Shown here: positions 9,801-16,141 of the stretch, in pieces
Layout of the letters: every line of letters starts with the position of its first letter
How positions within the stretch are numbered: position 1 is the stretch's first letter
Virus record (IMG/VR): IMGVR_UViG_3300047272_000419
Coordinates: 1 to 27,886 of that record
Source: a virus
Lineage: Duplodnaviria > Caudoviricetes
Length of the DNA stretch: 27,886 nt
Reading direction: 5' to 3' (one strand)
Program-made: the position numbers and the translations under genes
The notes under the pieces: model-generated
What the model saw: the letters and a program-made list of their open reading frames with translations, nothing else
What the model was told of the DNA's origin: nothing
Databases searched by the model: none

Positions 9801-12146
9801 ACCTACCACGACGAACGCGACGCCAACCGTCGCATCTATCGCAACAAGCTCGCCGCGGCCTTCGAGCCCCTGGCTAAGCTCAGCCAGGCCCAGATCCGTG
9901 CGCTCGACATCACGATCGCGCGTGCGCTTGCCGGCGAGATCCCGATGCCGACCGGCCCTGTCGGCGAAGTGGTGCGAAACCTCCAGGATCTTTCCGACGA
10001 GCTGTACCGCTACCTCCGCGAAGCCGGCGTCGAAGTCAACTACGCCAAGGACTACGCTATCCCCCACTCCTTCAACGCGGAACTGATCGCCAAGGACGAG
10101 CAGGCATTCATCGACGCGGCCGAGCAGGCCTACATCGACAACAACCCCAAGCGCATCCAGCGACTTCAGGCATACATCCAGCAGATCGACCGGGAGGCCG
10201 CGCAGAATGGCGGCTTCACCCAGGACATGACTGACCGCAAGAACGCGCTCAACGAGGAGATCAACAAGCTCCAGGTCGCCAACCCACGCCAGCAGGCGGA
10301 GGACCTTGCGGCCGCGATCATGGCCGGCGAAGAGGGAGGCGACCAGAGCCAAGGCCTGATCCTGGCATCCAATCCGAGCAACCAGAACCGGGCAGACTTC
10401 CTGAAGGACCGAGTCTTTGAGCAGTCCGCTCGAGCCATGCTACGCGAATACTTCCAGAACGACCCGCGCCACGCATGGAACAATTACATCGCACGAGCCA
10501 CCACGCTGGCCGAGTTTGCCCGACGCTTCGGTAGCAAGGGTGAGACCTGGATGAAACTTGTCGAACAGATGCGAAAGGAGGGCGTCAAAGAAAAAGACAT
10601 CACCCAGATCAAGGAGCACGTGCTCGACGCCATGGGTGCGCTCACCCCTGCGGCCCAAGGTTCGCACGCATTGGCCAACGCCCTTGTCGGACTCAGCAAC
10701 ATGTCCAAGCTCAAGAGCACGTTCCTCACGAACTTCCTCGAAGCCCAAGCCCAGGCCGTCCCAGGAGATCTCCTGGACGCCGCGTTCGCGCCGGTCGTCA
10801 TGCTCAAGGAGTTTGCCGCCGTTCTAGCCGAACTTACGCCCCGCCAGCGAGCGCTCCTTAAGCAGTATCTCCGCGTGGACATCAACACGCAGACCGGCAA
10901 CATGGAGCTCGCCCGCATCGTGGGCCTCATGGACGCGGCCGGCGTTCACAACATCATGGAAAACAGTGCGTTCGCATTGGAGAACAAGGCTGACTTCCGC
11001 GAGGACAGTAAGACCGACCGGGCCGCACGCGCTGTCTCCACTGCGACCAGCGCCATGGCCCAGGCCTACGGCATCGAAGCCTCTGAAAACGCCAAGCGAG
11101 CCATGGGAGCGCGTTACGCCGCAGGCCGTCTTGACCAGCACGTATCGGAGTTCCTCCGGGACAACATCCTGGCGCGAGCGCTCAAGAAGGTCGGGTATAC
11201 CGGGGACGCCATGACGACCCGGAATGAAGCCATCATGCGCCTTCGCCGTGCCGGCATCAATGACTCCAACATGTCCGCGTTCTCGACCTGGTGGGAGGCC
11301 GCTCGCAACAGCAATAACTTCAACGAGCGCCTGGCCGATACCACTGACCCTATGGCCGCGATCGCCCGCAAGGCTATCCGCATGGAGTCTGCCCGTGCCA
11401 TGGTTAATTCCAACCGTGCCATGAAGCCGGGCGGCGTGCGCAACAAGGCGATCTCCCAGGACAACTTCTTCGGCAAGATCGTCATGAGCTTCCTTAACTA
11501 CCCGGCCGCGTTCCGAGAGCAGGTAGGAAAGCCGATGGCGCGAGACATCGCGACCGGCGTTCGCGGGTACGAGTCTGAAGGTGGCCAGTCCACTTTCTTC
11601 AGCCCGGCCGAGCGAGCCCGCATGGTTGCACGTGTCGCCGCGATCCCGGCCATGGCCGTCTCCGCCGCAGTGTTCCTAGCCCTTCGCGTGCTCGCCCTCG
11701 GCGACGACGAAGACAAGGAAGAGCTCGCCGAGAAGACGATGCTCAGCCACATGATTGACGGCGTAAGCTACACCGGCTTTACCGGCGGCAAGACCGAAGC
11801 CGTCCAGCGTTTCCGACGTGGCCAGCTACCTCCGATCATCGACGAAGGTACGCGCCTCGCGAAGAACCTGGACCGCGAGTCCACCAACTCAAACGGTAAG
11901 GAGCGCGCGGTCACCAAGAGCTTGACGCGCTCGGTCGGCGTGCCGGCCACCCAGGCGGTCGTCAGTACCTACGCACCCGTGCCAATCGCCGCGGCGGTGA
12001 ACCAGGCCCTGGCTTCCAAGACGTTTAATGAGACGGTCGTAAACGTCGTCGCCGGGCCCGAGCAGAAGAAGGGCACCGGTAGCGGATCCACCCGAAGCTC
12101 AGGACGCGAAAGCAACCGGAGCGGAGGACGGTCCGACGGGCGCTGA
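891..12146 (+). CDS. Giant (3751 aa) multidomain polyvalent/internal virion protein
   Basis: Uninterrupted 11.3-kb ORF with phage-typical codon usage. Ala/Gly-rich N-terminus, Q/P/A linker, central enzymatic modules separated by S[AE]RD[DE], ~890-aa helical C-terminal region. Confidence 0.9.
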   Translation: MADKELPDIIPLGTASPVADEFETIFDNDSGATVTRRRASRSGGAAENTTQIVGKLDAIGQGVARDWYGETKADLAGEFAKTFFTKQEFDKLAPLSAEEEFELASLKKTPQRVSYPSGPYMPPHTQSTLSFQRQVELERRKNAPAFSAQMQKELLRIASELKLVNEALARNQGVTEGAAQFNNAKDWWEKTKIALSNPLDVAATKGSESAYTGAKISGAAAGTALAAGLSGGGTLAAQAAALATAGAMTANEGYDQTLLEELVKMDPLIADDPEGFLAAYKANPKDYRKAYEDARTKAAISGVAEGGAEALTAGLFKFVPGGKTLIGKAANELGGELTEEFSSLLAGKAARGEGLPTAAEVVDTFVSTAAGTGMQTAVTSAGGKIADKTGLSQAASNTLTRVGSAIERAMMPQMNVDQGTLTPMAPRPFSLMPQAGAPQMAVDLNTLTPIGAPAQQAQDQAPVTPQLRVNTSSLTPVGQASQAGSLPDVIPLSGPTQQPAQPAAQAATQASTLPDVIPLPGPTAQTAQAPAPQTAQAPAQTAQQPAQGPSSLFTPPAPQATQAQAGTNPAVQQSPNAAPSVQQTQTTQPQVTQGQQQARTNPLAPVQTQTQQAGQTQQQGTNVLPSPGGGDGQGLQTQGVQTQGSQIPFTQQGQQAGRTQPQQAGGVASAFNPQGQQTQGQQTQGRRQIPFAPVRGVTPLNENERTQVADMKFAGEQMLRDSDAISFPDAETEGVAASKRDKKGDKPAKERLAGGFESGAALYITARQFEGATREQAWNEVLEKFKDNKTVLNQAIKTKDAIFRTADSLDGLPVSKAFEKGSKLASTRFPTAVSATEDAGAYNLQSDIATVYSNPTKMRDFAASLKKIAGFKFDPSMDDRQIIDAFMKHVEGNLLHMFDSVPPEIRGRSKLWYVGANLIAKRLSEEHDISHEAAAGVLAVLSPQMDWYKNVSLAERALDIILNKSGHAVDQKMVDVMKNREAIAKIALKFIETSRGVKKDDLTKYPEDDDKSRKANIIRKKARDAVDELGLAGQKIGDIKDKRLQAIALRAYDEAYNGRSYDVITPEGGKDGPFTSLDGEDSEVGWGSFGTIEKCFAIVADQSMENISLQLGEEHKVRNFYNNIIDPDAMDGQVTIDTHAVAAALVEPLSGEDPEVKANLGGGGGTAMTGLSGLYPIYAHAYGQAAKARGVLPREMQSITWEAVRGLFTAKYKNEKSNIAAIKSIWSSYKSGQIDLAEARSRIESTVVEHRVNAIEGLVKSREIDRAEADRRIALVREHGAYGRPTWHRSDGQGAKGSRAGTDQGKLDRAQLGGTGTQSDQGTTGRGSQGSNPRSERDDASWSELERKAAELDRRRAARAQAQASNTDPATRRRGNEQIVQKMVNELRRGGRLSFEEVTAALRIIENLMEKGYLDNLSVSVSDANKGGPARGEYEQATELVRLFVRNTNRPGVLRYTFAHEVAHHLERMIPAKDLEAARQQFLRDRAKWLKDKEGLRALLGDGNWLDKKYSEAEIKRFLASNNLNPALLNKYFIRDTSDPKRIIWRIKNTDETYRLTNFSEYFADKVADIATARDDARVNSQNLLPVFAKLKELLAQIKKSLMDIFGKDKVEAIWDKFQEGTYTSDFKREKLVGYEKTGNQNPVMDDPRTADYKKPRFGPADADRQTRVDNIDKLEPNKPIPRTRSARDDGENTPIPGGYREAFFKAKQGAGAPEPKQIKWWTDVGHDVEADKSKQFLWAVDRQGQLQVTSVQELEDKGIGVSQFEADDMDLSGYERMPTHLDWEEQGGLSGLLSGPAHGRIDATGDVVRISLLQKNQSSPAIKAETREYLKGKLAEYMGESQDDMAGYDFTDAGPFTGPEVFSARDEEGADVPKPSRPGSYRAFDEMVTSREIAKPEGMPYPYHLKRFTVLSPTSKTARANLEGYHLVQQGSDLGPPGRDDRREFRAVSKDVDPVSGKPTTYRILFQYAQSGSRGSKGSVFVTITDDVFDNVPDSVKIGLISELFERTRQAGLKDITIDKKYAGEMSPEDVGLWGHVAKNEPEISFQGDLNTYDIDKNTAYSARDEEPAQAPMSVEQRKARIEEIKRQIMPLAQKGALSREDGALYSKLGMELETHRFEMRAGRGLKLELVKPMQERGSAIPSEIVKIASDELASNRAAFEALTEASLGVGMNKDTAVDVIMNGKNPDVSPADLYSAFDRTREALRKQFGDTIVLYRAHGKQKQKATQNWHSTEAGAREYGNDIERRVVAVDDIVAVNVGLRGAYEEFVVGKNPASADITDGAEFTTPGGELTNHGDKDLANGGFLTKQAMRIPKGERSRYSFAFEQDSRSGGHVAQIKYDGNVVAELDMSSEVYEEGKGLIKLDMVDVTPSFQGRGLSTIMQAEVAELGKRADTPVDTLVATVLDPKVRPLKSMQRILGKDNVEILESTTETTDETDQFGYEGNEDDISDMSLDPDFFKDGNRLRNRVEVQGNVPQYTPEQRQMIKDINAAKASGDMAKVKKLKAQFDKSVKDNDTQILSARDEDGDYRGSHRAPDGANGEGSMDAMDRTYPEDIYGPKGAQYYGARRPDDVKIHKLIQSVRGNPDAKVTVYRAVPKGVGAEITPGNWVTPSREYAAEHGERFANGYEILERQVRAGDLFTEGNSLQEFGWNPTGEPIQSARDEDGENTVIPGGKREQFLKKKPAYKPPYYTEIGHDPANAENSYLFMVDADGVMYVKRVSDLRKQVEDNFPLGDRGVHEVPGKTYGMDINFLTHNDWEDVDDQLEYGTIRQGTRDAIAFGRIEVKDGKPYIAVGGQGDNGSEIAMNEGRKEFRAIIKDAAKAVIDAGEITGVTQKSTGLDYSFVDGGDNGAPAVFSARDEDTTDIPSTGSGRKAGLAAGALALAPTTLEAATGAAKTGAMIAGVAAGDLIAVATGIAFTSSDRLLKGLNPIAANMHLLANDTKSPTMKRIAEMFNRLGGNTSAGAQETYHDERDANRRIYRNKLAAAFEPLAKLSQAQIRALDITIARALAGEIPMPTGPVGEVVRNLQDLSDELYRYLREAGVEVNYAKDYAIPHSFNAELIAKDEQAFIDAAEQAYIDNNPKRIQRLQAYIQQIDREAAQNGGFTQDMTDRKNALNEEINKLQVANPRQQAEDLAAAIMAGEEGGDQSQGLILASNPSNQNRADFLKDRVFEQSARAMLREYFQNDPRHAWNNYIARATTLAEFARRFGSKGETWMKLVEQMRKEGVKEKDITQIKEHVLDAMGALTPAAQGSHALANALVGLSNMSKLKSTFLTNFLEAQAQAVPGDLLDAAFAPVVMLKEFAAVLAELTPRQRALLKQYLRVDINTQTGNMELARIVGLMDAAGVHNIMENSAFALENKADFREDSKTDRAARAVSTATSAMAQAYGIEASENAKRAMGARYAAGRLDQHVSEFLRDNILARALKKVGYTGDAMTTRNEAIMRLRRAGINDSNMSAFSTWWEAARNSNNFNERLADTTDPMAAIARKAIRMESARAMVNSNRAMKPGGVRNKAISQDNFFGKIVMSFLNYPAAFREQVGKPMARDIATGVRGYESEGGQSTFFSPAERARMVARVAAIPAMAVSAAVFLALRVLALGDDEDKEELAEKTMLSHMIDGVSYTGFTGGKTEAVQRFRRGQLPPIIDEGTRLAKNLDRESTNSNGKERAVTKSLTRSVGVPATQAVVSTYAPVPIAAAVNQALASKTFNETVVNVVAGPEQKKGTGSGSTRSSGRESNRSGGRSDGR
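2121..2970 (+). repeat. Low-complexity Q/P/A/T/G linker with short peptide repeats in the giant protein
   Basis: LPDVIPLxGPT twice (2346, 2427), echoing N-terminal LPDIIPL (906). MNVDQGTLTPM / MAVDLNTLTPI / LRVNTSSLTPV. QTQG four times, QIPF twice. Confidence 0.85.
3590..4560 (+). other. HhH-GPD/Ogg-like DNA glycosylase-type domain within the giant protein
   Basis: WY (3624)...AAGVLAVLSPQMDW...HKVRNFYNN (Lys codon 4236)...VTIDTHA (Asp codon 4299)...YGQAAKARGVLPREMQSITW. Follows the K-xxx-F-xx-N...IDxH...W pattern of Ogg-type glycosylases. Confidence 0.55.
5010..5770 (+). other. Zincin-like metallopeptidase domain (MPTase-like) within the giant protein
   Basis: RGEY...VRLF...TFAHEVAHHL (HExxH at 5268-5282) and downstream SEYFAD (Glu at 5571) as putative third metal ligand. 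Confidence 0.75.
7500..7720 (+). other. ADP-ribosyltransferase-like domain 1 within the giant protein
   Basis: IVLYRA (Arg at 7542), NWHSTEAGAREY, YEEFVV (7686-7703): R-S-E class ART pattern. Confidence 0.6.
7840..8330 (+). other. GNAT acetyltransferase-like domain within the giant protein
   Basis: IKLDMVDVTPSFQGRGLSTIM contains the acetyl-CoA-binding motif A (QGRGL at 8013-8027) after a beta strand. Confidence 0.7.
8469..8870 (+). other. ADP-ribosyltransferase-like domain 2 within the giant protein
   Basis: VTVYRAVP (Arg at 8673), GNWVTPSREYA (8712-8744), NSLQEFGW (Glu at 8838). Exactly fills the interval between SARD motifs 5 and 6. Confidence 0.6.
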
Positions 12147-12151
12147 ACCTG

Positions 12152-12179
12152 TTGACACGTGTTGGGCATGGGGCATGCT
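12152..12179 (+). promoter_or_regulatory. Putative sigma70-type promoter TTGACA-N16-CATGCT
   Basis: Perfect -35 just after the giant gene's stop. Same spacing as three other candidate promoters in the window. Confidence 0.5.
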
Positions 12180-12188
12180 GATGTTCCC

Positions 12189-12527
12189 ATGCCCAACATG
12201 ATCAATACCGACGCCCTGGCCGACAAGCTCCACGAAGAGCTCGGCCTCAAGACCGAGATGGGTCGCGAGTACCTCCGCGCCATCCTCCCCCTGGCCCAGC
12301 TGATGGACCGCAAACAGCAGGACTACGGGTCGAGCAACATCAGCCTCAACGGCGAGCTTGGCGTCATGGTACGCTCACAGGACAAGGTCAGTCGTCTCCG
12401 CAATCTCCTGACCAAGGAGATGAAGGGCGACCTGGCCGTGAACAACGAGAGCGTCGAAGACTCCTGGGCGGATCTCGCCAACTACGGTGTCATCGGCCTG
12501 CTCCTGCGGGCCGGCAAGTGGCGCTGA
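12189..12527 (+). CDS. Nucleotide modification-associated domain 1 (Nmad1/DUF1599, MazG-like fold) protein
   Basis: RKQQDYG...GVMVRSQDKVSRL...NESVEDSWADLANYGVIGLLL pattern. Start is ATG 12189 or ATG 12198 (the latter preceded by CCCAAC). Confidence 0.75.
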   Translation: MPNMINTDALADKLHEELGLKTEMGREYLRAILPLAQLMDRKQQDYGSSNISLNGELGVMVRSQDKVSRLRNLLTKEMKGDLAVNNESVEDSWADLANYGVIGLLLRAGKWR

Positions 12528-12599
12528 TCGGCGACGGCCCAGACCAGACAAGAGCGCCTGGACTGGATCCGGCGCTACCGTAAGGACAACCCGGCAAGG

Positions 12600-12902
12600 G
12601 TGCTCCTGGCTCTCGCCCGTCAACGGGCGAAGAAGTCGGGCATCCCTTTCGCGATCACAGAAAAGGACATCGTGATCGGCACCAAGTGTCCGGTCATGAA
12701 CGTGCCATACGAGACCGGCAAGGACCACGTCCCGCACCCGCACGCCCCGAGCCTGGACAGGATTGATCCGCGCCTGGGCTACGTGCCCGGGAACGTCGTC
12801 GTGATCAGCCGTATGGCCAACACCATCAAGCACGACGCGAGCGTCGAGCAGATCGGCAAGGTCTACAGATGGCTGAAACGTTTGACCCGCGGGCGCCGGT
12901 GA
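12600..12902 (+). CDS. HNH-type endonuclease-like protein (start uncertain)
   Basis: ARQRAKKSGIPFAIT...CPV...PSLDRIDPRLGYVPGNVVVISRMANTIK. Coding-like sequence extends in frame upstream to 12528. Confidence 0.75.
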   Translation: MLLALARQRAKKSGIPFAITEKDIVIGTKCPVMNVPYETGKDHVPHPHAPSLDRIDPRLGYVPGNVVVISRMANTIKHDASVEQIGKVYRWLKRLTRGRR

Positions 12903-12909
12903 ACAGGCT
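12882..12909 (+). promoter_or_regulatory. Putative promoter TTGACC-N16-CAGGCT
   Basis: Ends 8 nt before ATG 12918 of the lysis-like cassette; same architecture as the 12152 element. Confidence 0.4.
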
Positions 12910-12917
12910 GGATGGGT

Positions 12918-13046
12918 ATGATCTTCATCGCAATTTCCTTCCTGGCCGGAGTCACGGTCGGAGCCCTGGCGTATCGAAAGAATGCCGAACGCGCCCAGGC
13001 CATCGAGGCCAAGGCCAAGACCCTGGCTGACGAGTTCCGGAAGTGA
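12918..13046 (+). CDS. Small single-pass membrane protein (42 aa), absent from the ORF track
   Basis: MIFIAISFLAGVTVGALAYRKNAERAQAIEAKAKTLADEFRK*. Stop overlaps the next gene's GTG (GTGA coupling). Confidence 0.7.
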   Translation: MIFIAISFLAGVTVGALAYRKNAERAQAIEAKAKTLADEFRK

Positions 13047-13795
13047 GGCTCCTGGCGGTAACTCTCCTCGCCCTGGCCGGATGCTCATCCGCGCCGGACG
13101 ATAAGCCGTTGCCGCCGGCCCCTGCTCCAGCTATCCAGCAGACTACCCTGCTCGGGGTATGGGAGAAGGAGGTCGCCGAGGATCTGGCGATCTTCAAGGC
13201 GATCCGCCCATCCATCACCGGGCCGGCTCCTGCCCTGAACCTTTACGACTCCGCGACGCAAGGCCTGGCATCACTGTCCGGGGAGCCGACCGCCAAGGCG
13301 ATCGACCGGTTCCGCGGCTACGTCGAAAACCCAGACCAGGCAAAGCTCGACGCCCTCCGCGCGGAAAAGGTAGCTCTCGACAAGAAGACGGCAGAGCTCG
13401 AGCGCAAGGTGTCCGAGGAGCGCGACGCCAGGCTACTGGCCGAGGCCCAGGCTACCCAGGCGCGTAAGGACAAGGCCGAGGCTGATCGCCTGGCCAGCCT
13501 GGCCGCGTCGGCCGCACGTCTCACCGAGTACGGATCCTACGCCATCGCGGCCGGCATCCTGGCCCTGCTGTTCGGCCAATGGCTGGGGATCCAGAAGTGG
13601 GTCGCCGGCCTGACGATCGGAGCCGGGGTCCTGGTCGCCGCGACTGCCCGACCCCTGATTGACTTCTTCGGCGGGGACAAATCCGAGTATGTCCTGATCG
13701 GCACGCTCGGCTTCCTCGCCCTCAACCTATCCATCGTCGTCGGGGTCAAGACCTGGCGCTTTATCCGCCGTGAGAAAGAAACGCCCACTGCCTAA
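13043..13795 (+). CDS. Lipoprotein with coiled coil and C-terminal TM helices; candidate spanin
   Basis: MRLLAVTLLALAG-C lipobox, Pro-rich linker, heptad-like helix, three hydrophobic segments at the C-terminus; near the holin. Confidence 0.7.
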   Translation: MRLLAVTLLALAGCSSAPDDKPLPPAPAPAIQQTTLLGVWEKEVAEDLAIFKAIRPSITGPAPALNLYDSATQGLASLSGEPTAKAIDRFRGYVENPDQAKLDALRAEKVALDKKTAELERKVSEERDARLLAEAQATQARKDKAEADRLASLAASAARLTEYGSYAIAAGILALLFGQWLGIQKWVAGLTIGAGVLVAATARPLIDFFGGDKSEYVLIGTLGFLALNLSIVVGVKTWRFIRREKETPTA

Positions 13796-14015
13796 GGTGA
13801 TCGTGCATCCCCTTCCGGGGGACGTCGCAGGCCTGGCATGCAAGGCCGACAACACGATTGAAATTGATCCAAACCTGTCTCCGAGCAAGGCCTTGGAGGT
13901 GGCCGTTCACGAGGCTCTCCATCTGGCGGATTGGGGGCTCAGCGAACGCAAGGTGAAGTATCGCGCCAAGTACATCGCCGAGGTCCTGTGGGCTCAAGGC
14001 TACCGCAAGAAGTAA
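13770..14015 (+). CDS. Small zincin-like (HExxH) protein
   Basis: GLA...TIEID...LEVAVHEALH...SE pattern of minimal metallopeptidases. Confidence 0.65.
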   Translation: MRKKRPLPKVIVHPLPGDVAGLACKADNTIEIDPNLSPSKALEVAVHEALHLADWGLSERKVKYRAKYIAEVLWAQGYRKK

Positions 14016-14016
14016 C

Positions 14017-14316
14017 ATGGAGCCCCCGACCAACAACCCGCTTCACGAGGCCATCGTCTCCTTCGGCCTGGGTCTCGCCGCCTACTTCGCAAGGCACGCC
14101 ATGTCCAAGGATCGTTACCCATGGGTGGTCCTGCTAGGTCGCTTCTTCGCGGCCGGCATCACCGCCGTCTTCGCCGGCTGGGCTGTCGAAGGCCTGGGCG
14201 TAGAGAAGCAGAACCTCCGGTACGCGATCGTCGGATGCTTGTCCTACGCGTCACCGGAGGTCCTCTTCTACGTGCTCGCCACCGTCCGCAAGAAGGGCGA
14301 CGCGATCATCAAGTAG
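14017..14316 (+). CDS. Putative holin
   Basis: 99 aa, about three TM segments, basic C-terminus (RKKGDAIIK). Confidence 0.7.
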   Translation: MEPPTNNPLHEAIVSFGLGLAAYFARHAMSKDRYPWVVLLGRFFAAGITAVFAGWAVEGLGVEKQNLRYAIVGCLSYASPEVLFYVLATVRKKGDAIIK

Positions 14317-15331
14317 ACTGATCGCGGAAGTTCACCGCCCCGCGCAGGTGATCCGGGCAGTGGTGGGCGTAGACGCGCATCACGGTGGCCAGGCAATCGC
14401 CCAGCACGCCGGCGATCTGGAACAACTCGACGCCGGCCTGGGCCGCGAGGGTCGCCCAGGTGTGGCGCAGGGTGTGGGGAGTGACGTCCTCCAGGCCGGC
14501 CGCTTTGACGACCGCCTCGAAGTGGTGCTGGATCGAGTAGGGCGTATCGAGCACCCACTCGTCCTGGGTGCGCGCGATCCAGGCGCGCTCGAGGAACGCC
14601 TTCAGGCGCGACGACATCGGCACCGGCACGCGACGCTTCTTGGTCCGGGCCTTGCCGTCATTCTGGAAATTGATCAGGCCGCGCTCGAAGTCGACCTGCG
14701 ACCAGCGAAGCTCGACGACCGACGTCTTGCGCGACGCCGTCTCCGACGCGATCACGATGAACCGGTGGATCCGGGACATGTCGCCGTACGTCGACGCGCT
14801 CACCGCGATCAGCTTGTCGAGCTGTTCGCCGGTCAGCCACAGATCCTTCGGCGCCGGAGCCGCGGGCAGGTCGATGTGAGGAACATCGGCCGAGCTGAGC
14901 CGGCGCTGGCGCACCGCGTGATTGATCGCGGCGACCAGGCAGTTGAGCTCGCGACGCAGTGTGCCGTCGCCGACCTCGCGCCCGTTGATCTTGCCGGCGC
15001 GACGATCCTCGCGGTACTTCAGCATGACCTGGCTGTCGAGATCGGTGACCAGCTTTGAACCCAGGCCGGCCTTGAGCACGGCGACGCAGTCCTCCTGGCG
15101 CTCGGTCGAGACGACCTTCTGCGAGACGTGCTCGGCCATGTAGTCGTCCAGGATCTTCGAGACGTCGACGACCTTGGCCTGGTCCTTGGTGATCATCCAC
15201 CGGCCGTAGAATGCGTAGGCCTCGCGGAGATCAGTGGTGCCGGTCGACTTGCGTTTGCTACGCTTCCCGCCGAAGCGGATCTCGTAGATGCCGGCGTCAT
15301 TCTTAACAATTCGTGCGTCGTTATTATTCAT
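14309..15331 (-). CDS. int: Tyrosine recombinase / phage integrase (340 aa)
   Basis: ETASRK (Arg I), KARTKK, HTLRHT (HxxR), VLGD...RVYAH (catalytic Tyr). Start ATG 15331 follows CCCAAC. Confidence 0.9.
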   Translation of the reverse strand: MNNNDARIVKNDAGIYEIRFGGKRSKRKSTGTTDLREAYAFYGRWMITKDQAKVVDVSKILDDYMAEHVSQKVVSTERQEDCVAVLKAGLGSKLVTDLDSQVMLKYREDRRAGKINGREVGDGTLRRELNCLVAAINHAVRQRRLSSADVPHIDLPAAPAPKDLWLTGEQLDKLIAVSASTYGDMSRIHRFIVIASETASRKTSVVELRWSQVDFERGLINFQNDGKARTKKRRVPVPMSSRLKAFLERAWIARTQDEWVLDTPYSIQHHFEAVVKAAGLEDVTPHTLRHTWATLAAQAGVELFQIAGVLGDCLATVMRVYAHHCPDHLRGAVNFRDQST

Positions 15332-15439
15332 GTTGGGGCAGTAACAACACCGACAAAATGTAGGAATGTCAATACTGAGATTTTTTCCCATTGACCGGAG
15401 AGGATCGCCAGGCAGAGTGATCACATCGGACCCAACGCC
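15332..15439. promoter_or_regulatory. Divergent promoter/switch region
   Basis: AT-rich gap. Minus-strand TTGACA (15372-15367) points to int; plus-strand TTGACC-N16-CAGAGT (15391-15418) points to the HTH gene. Palindrome GTGATCAC at 15417-15424. Confidence 0.6.
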
Positions 15440-15727
15440 GTGACCATCAATACCAACATCGACGTCAGAAAACTCGTCGCACGCTTCGGCGGGCAGGGCG
15501 AGCTCTGCCGGCGCATGAATGCTAAGGGATACGCGGTCACCCTCAAGGCGATCGAAAAATGGATCGAGCGCGACAGCATCCCGGGCAAGCGCATCATCCA
15601 GCTTTTCGAGCTTGGCATTTCCGAAGGACATCCCATTGACCTTTACGGCTTCCTGCTCCGTCCCAACGCGGAGGCCAGACTTTCCCCCAACCGACATGAA
15701 GAAAAACAGCAAGACCGCGCCGGCTAA
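15440..15727 (+). CDS. Cro-like helix-turn-helix regulator
   Basis: LVARFGGQGELCRRM...TLKAIEKWIERDSIP is a typical Cro/YdaS-type HTH; first gene of the rightward operon. Confidence 0.75.
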   Translation: MTINTNIDVRKLVARFGGQGELCRRMNAKGYAVTLKAIEKWIERDSIPGKRIIQLFELGISEGHPIDLYGFLLRPNAEARLSPNRHEEKQQDRAG

Positions 15728-16130
15728 GCCGACGCTCCCCGAACTCCGCGATCTGATCGCGGCCAACAAGAACCTGATCGACGCCGCCAAGGCGAAGATC
15801 GCCGAGGCTGAAGCCATGATCCTGGCCGAGCACAGCGCGATCTTCGACAAGCACCTGGCCGAGTCCGGCCTGACGCACGGCCAGCACTCGACCGAGATCG
15901 ACGGCGTGAAGCTCACGTTCAAGATCAGCCAGCGCGTCGACTGGGACAGCAACGTCCTCGAGTCGATCGCGAACACCCTCCCCTGGGAGCAGGTCCGCCG
16001 GATCATGAAGATCGAGTTCTCGGTCCCCGAGAAGAACTTCAACGCGCTCCCGGACGACGAGCTCAAGGATCGCCTCATGGACGCGCGCACCGTCAAGTAC
16101 GCCGCCCCCTCCGTCACCTTCCCCAAGTAA
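15696..16130 (+). CDS. Phage hypothetical protein preceding the AAA_24 ATPase
   Basis: ATG 15696, strong codon bias, N-terminal coiled coil; position typical of recombination modules. Confidence 0.75.
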   Translation: MKKNSKTAPAKPTLPELRDLIAANKNLIDAAKAKIAEAEAMILAEHSAIFDKHLAESGLTHGQHSTEIDGVKLTFKISQRVDWDSNVLESIANTLPWEQVRRIMKIEFSVPEKNFNALPDDELKDRLMDARTVKYAAPSVTFPK

Positions 16131-16141
16131 TTCCACCCAAC

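Noticed and set aside
789-12313. Many minus-strand and alternate-frame ORFs overlapping the giant gene
   Set aside because: Expected shadows of GC3-biased coding sequence; no recognisable motifs.
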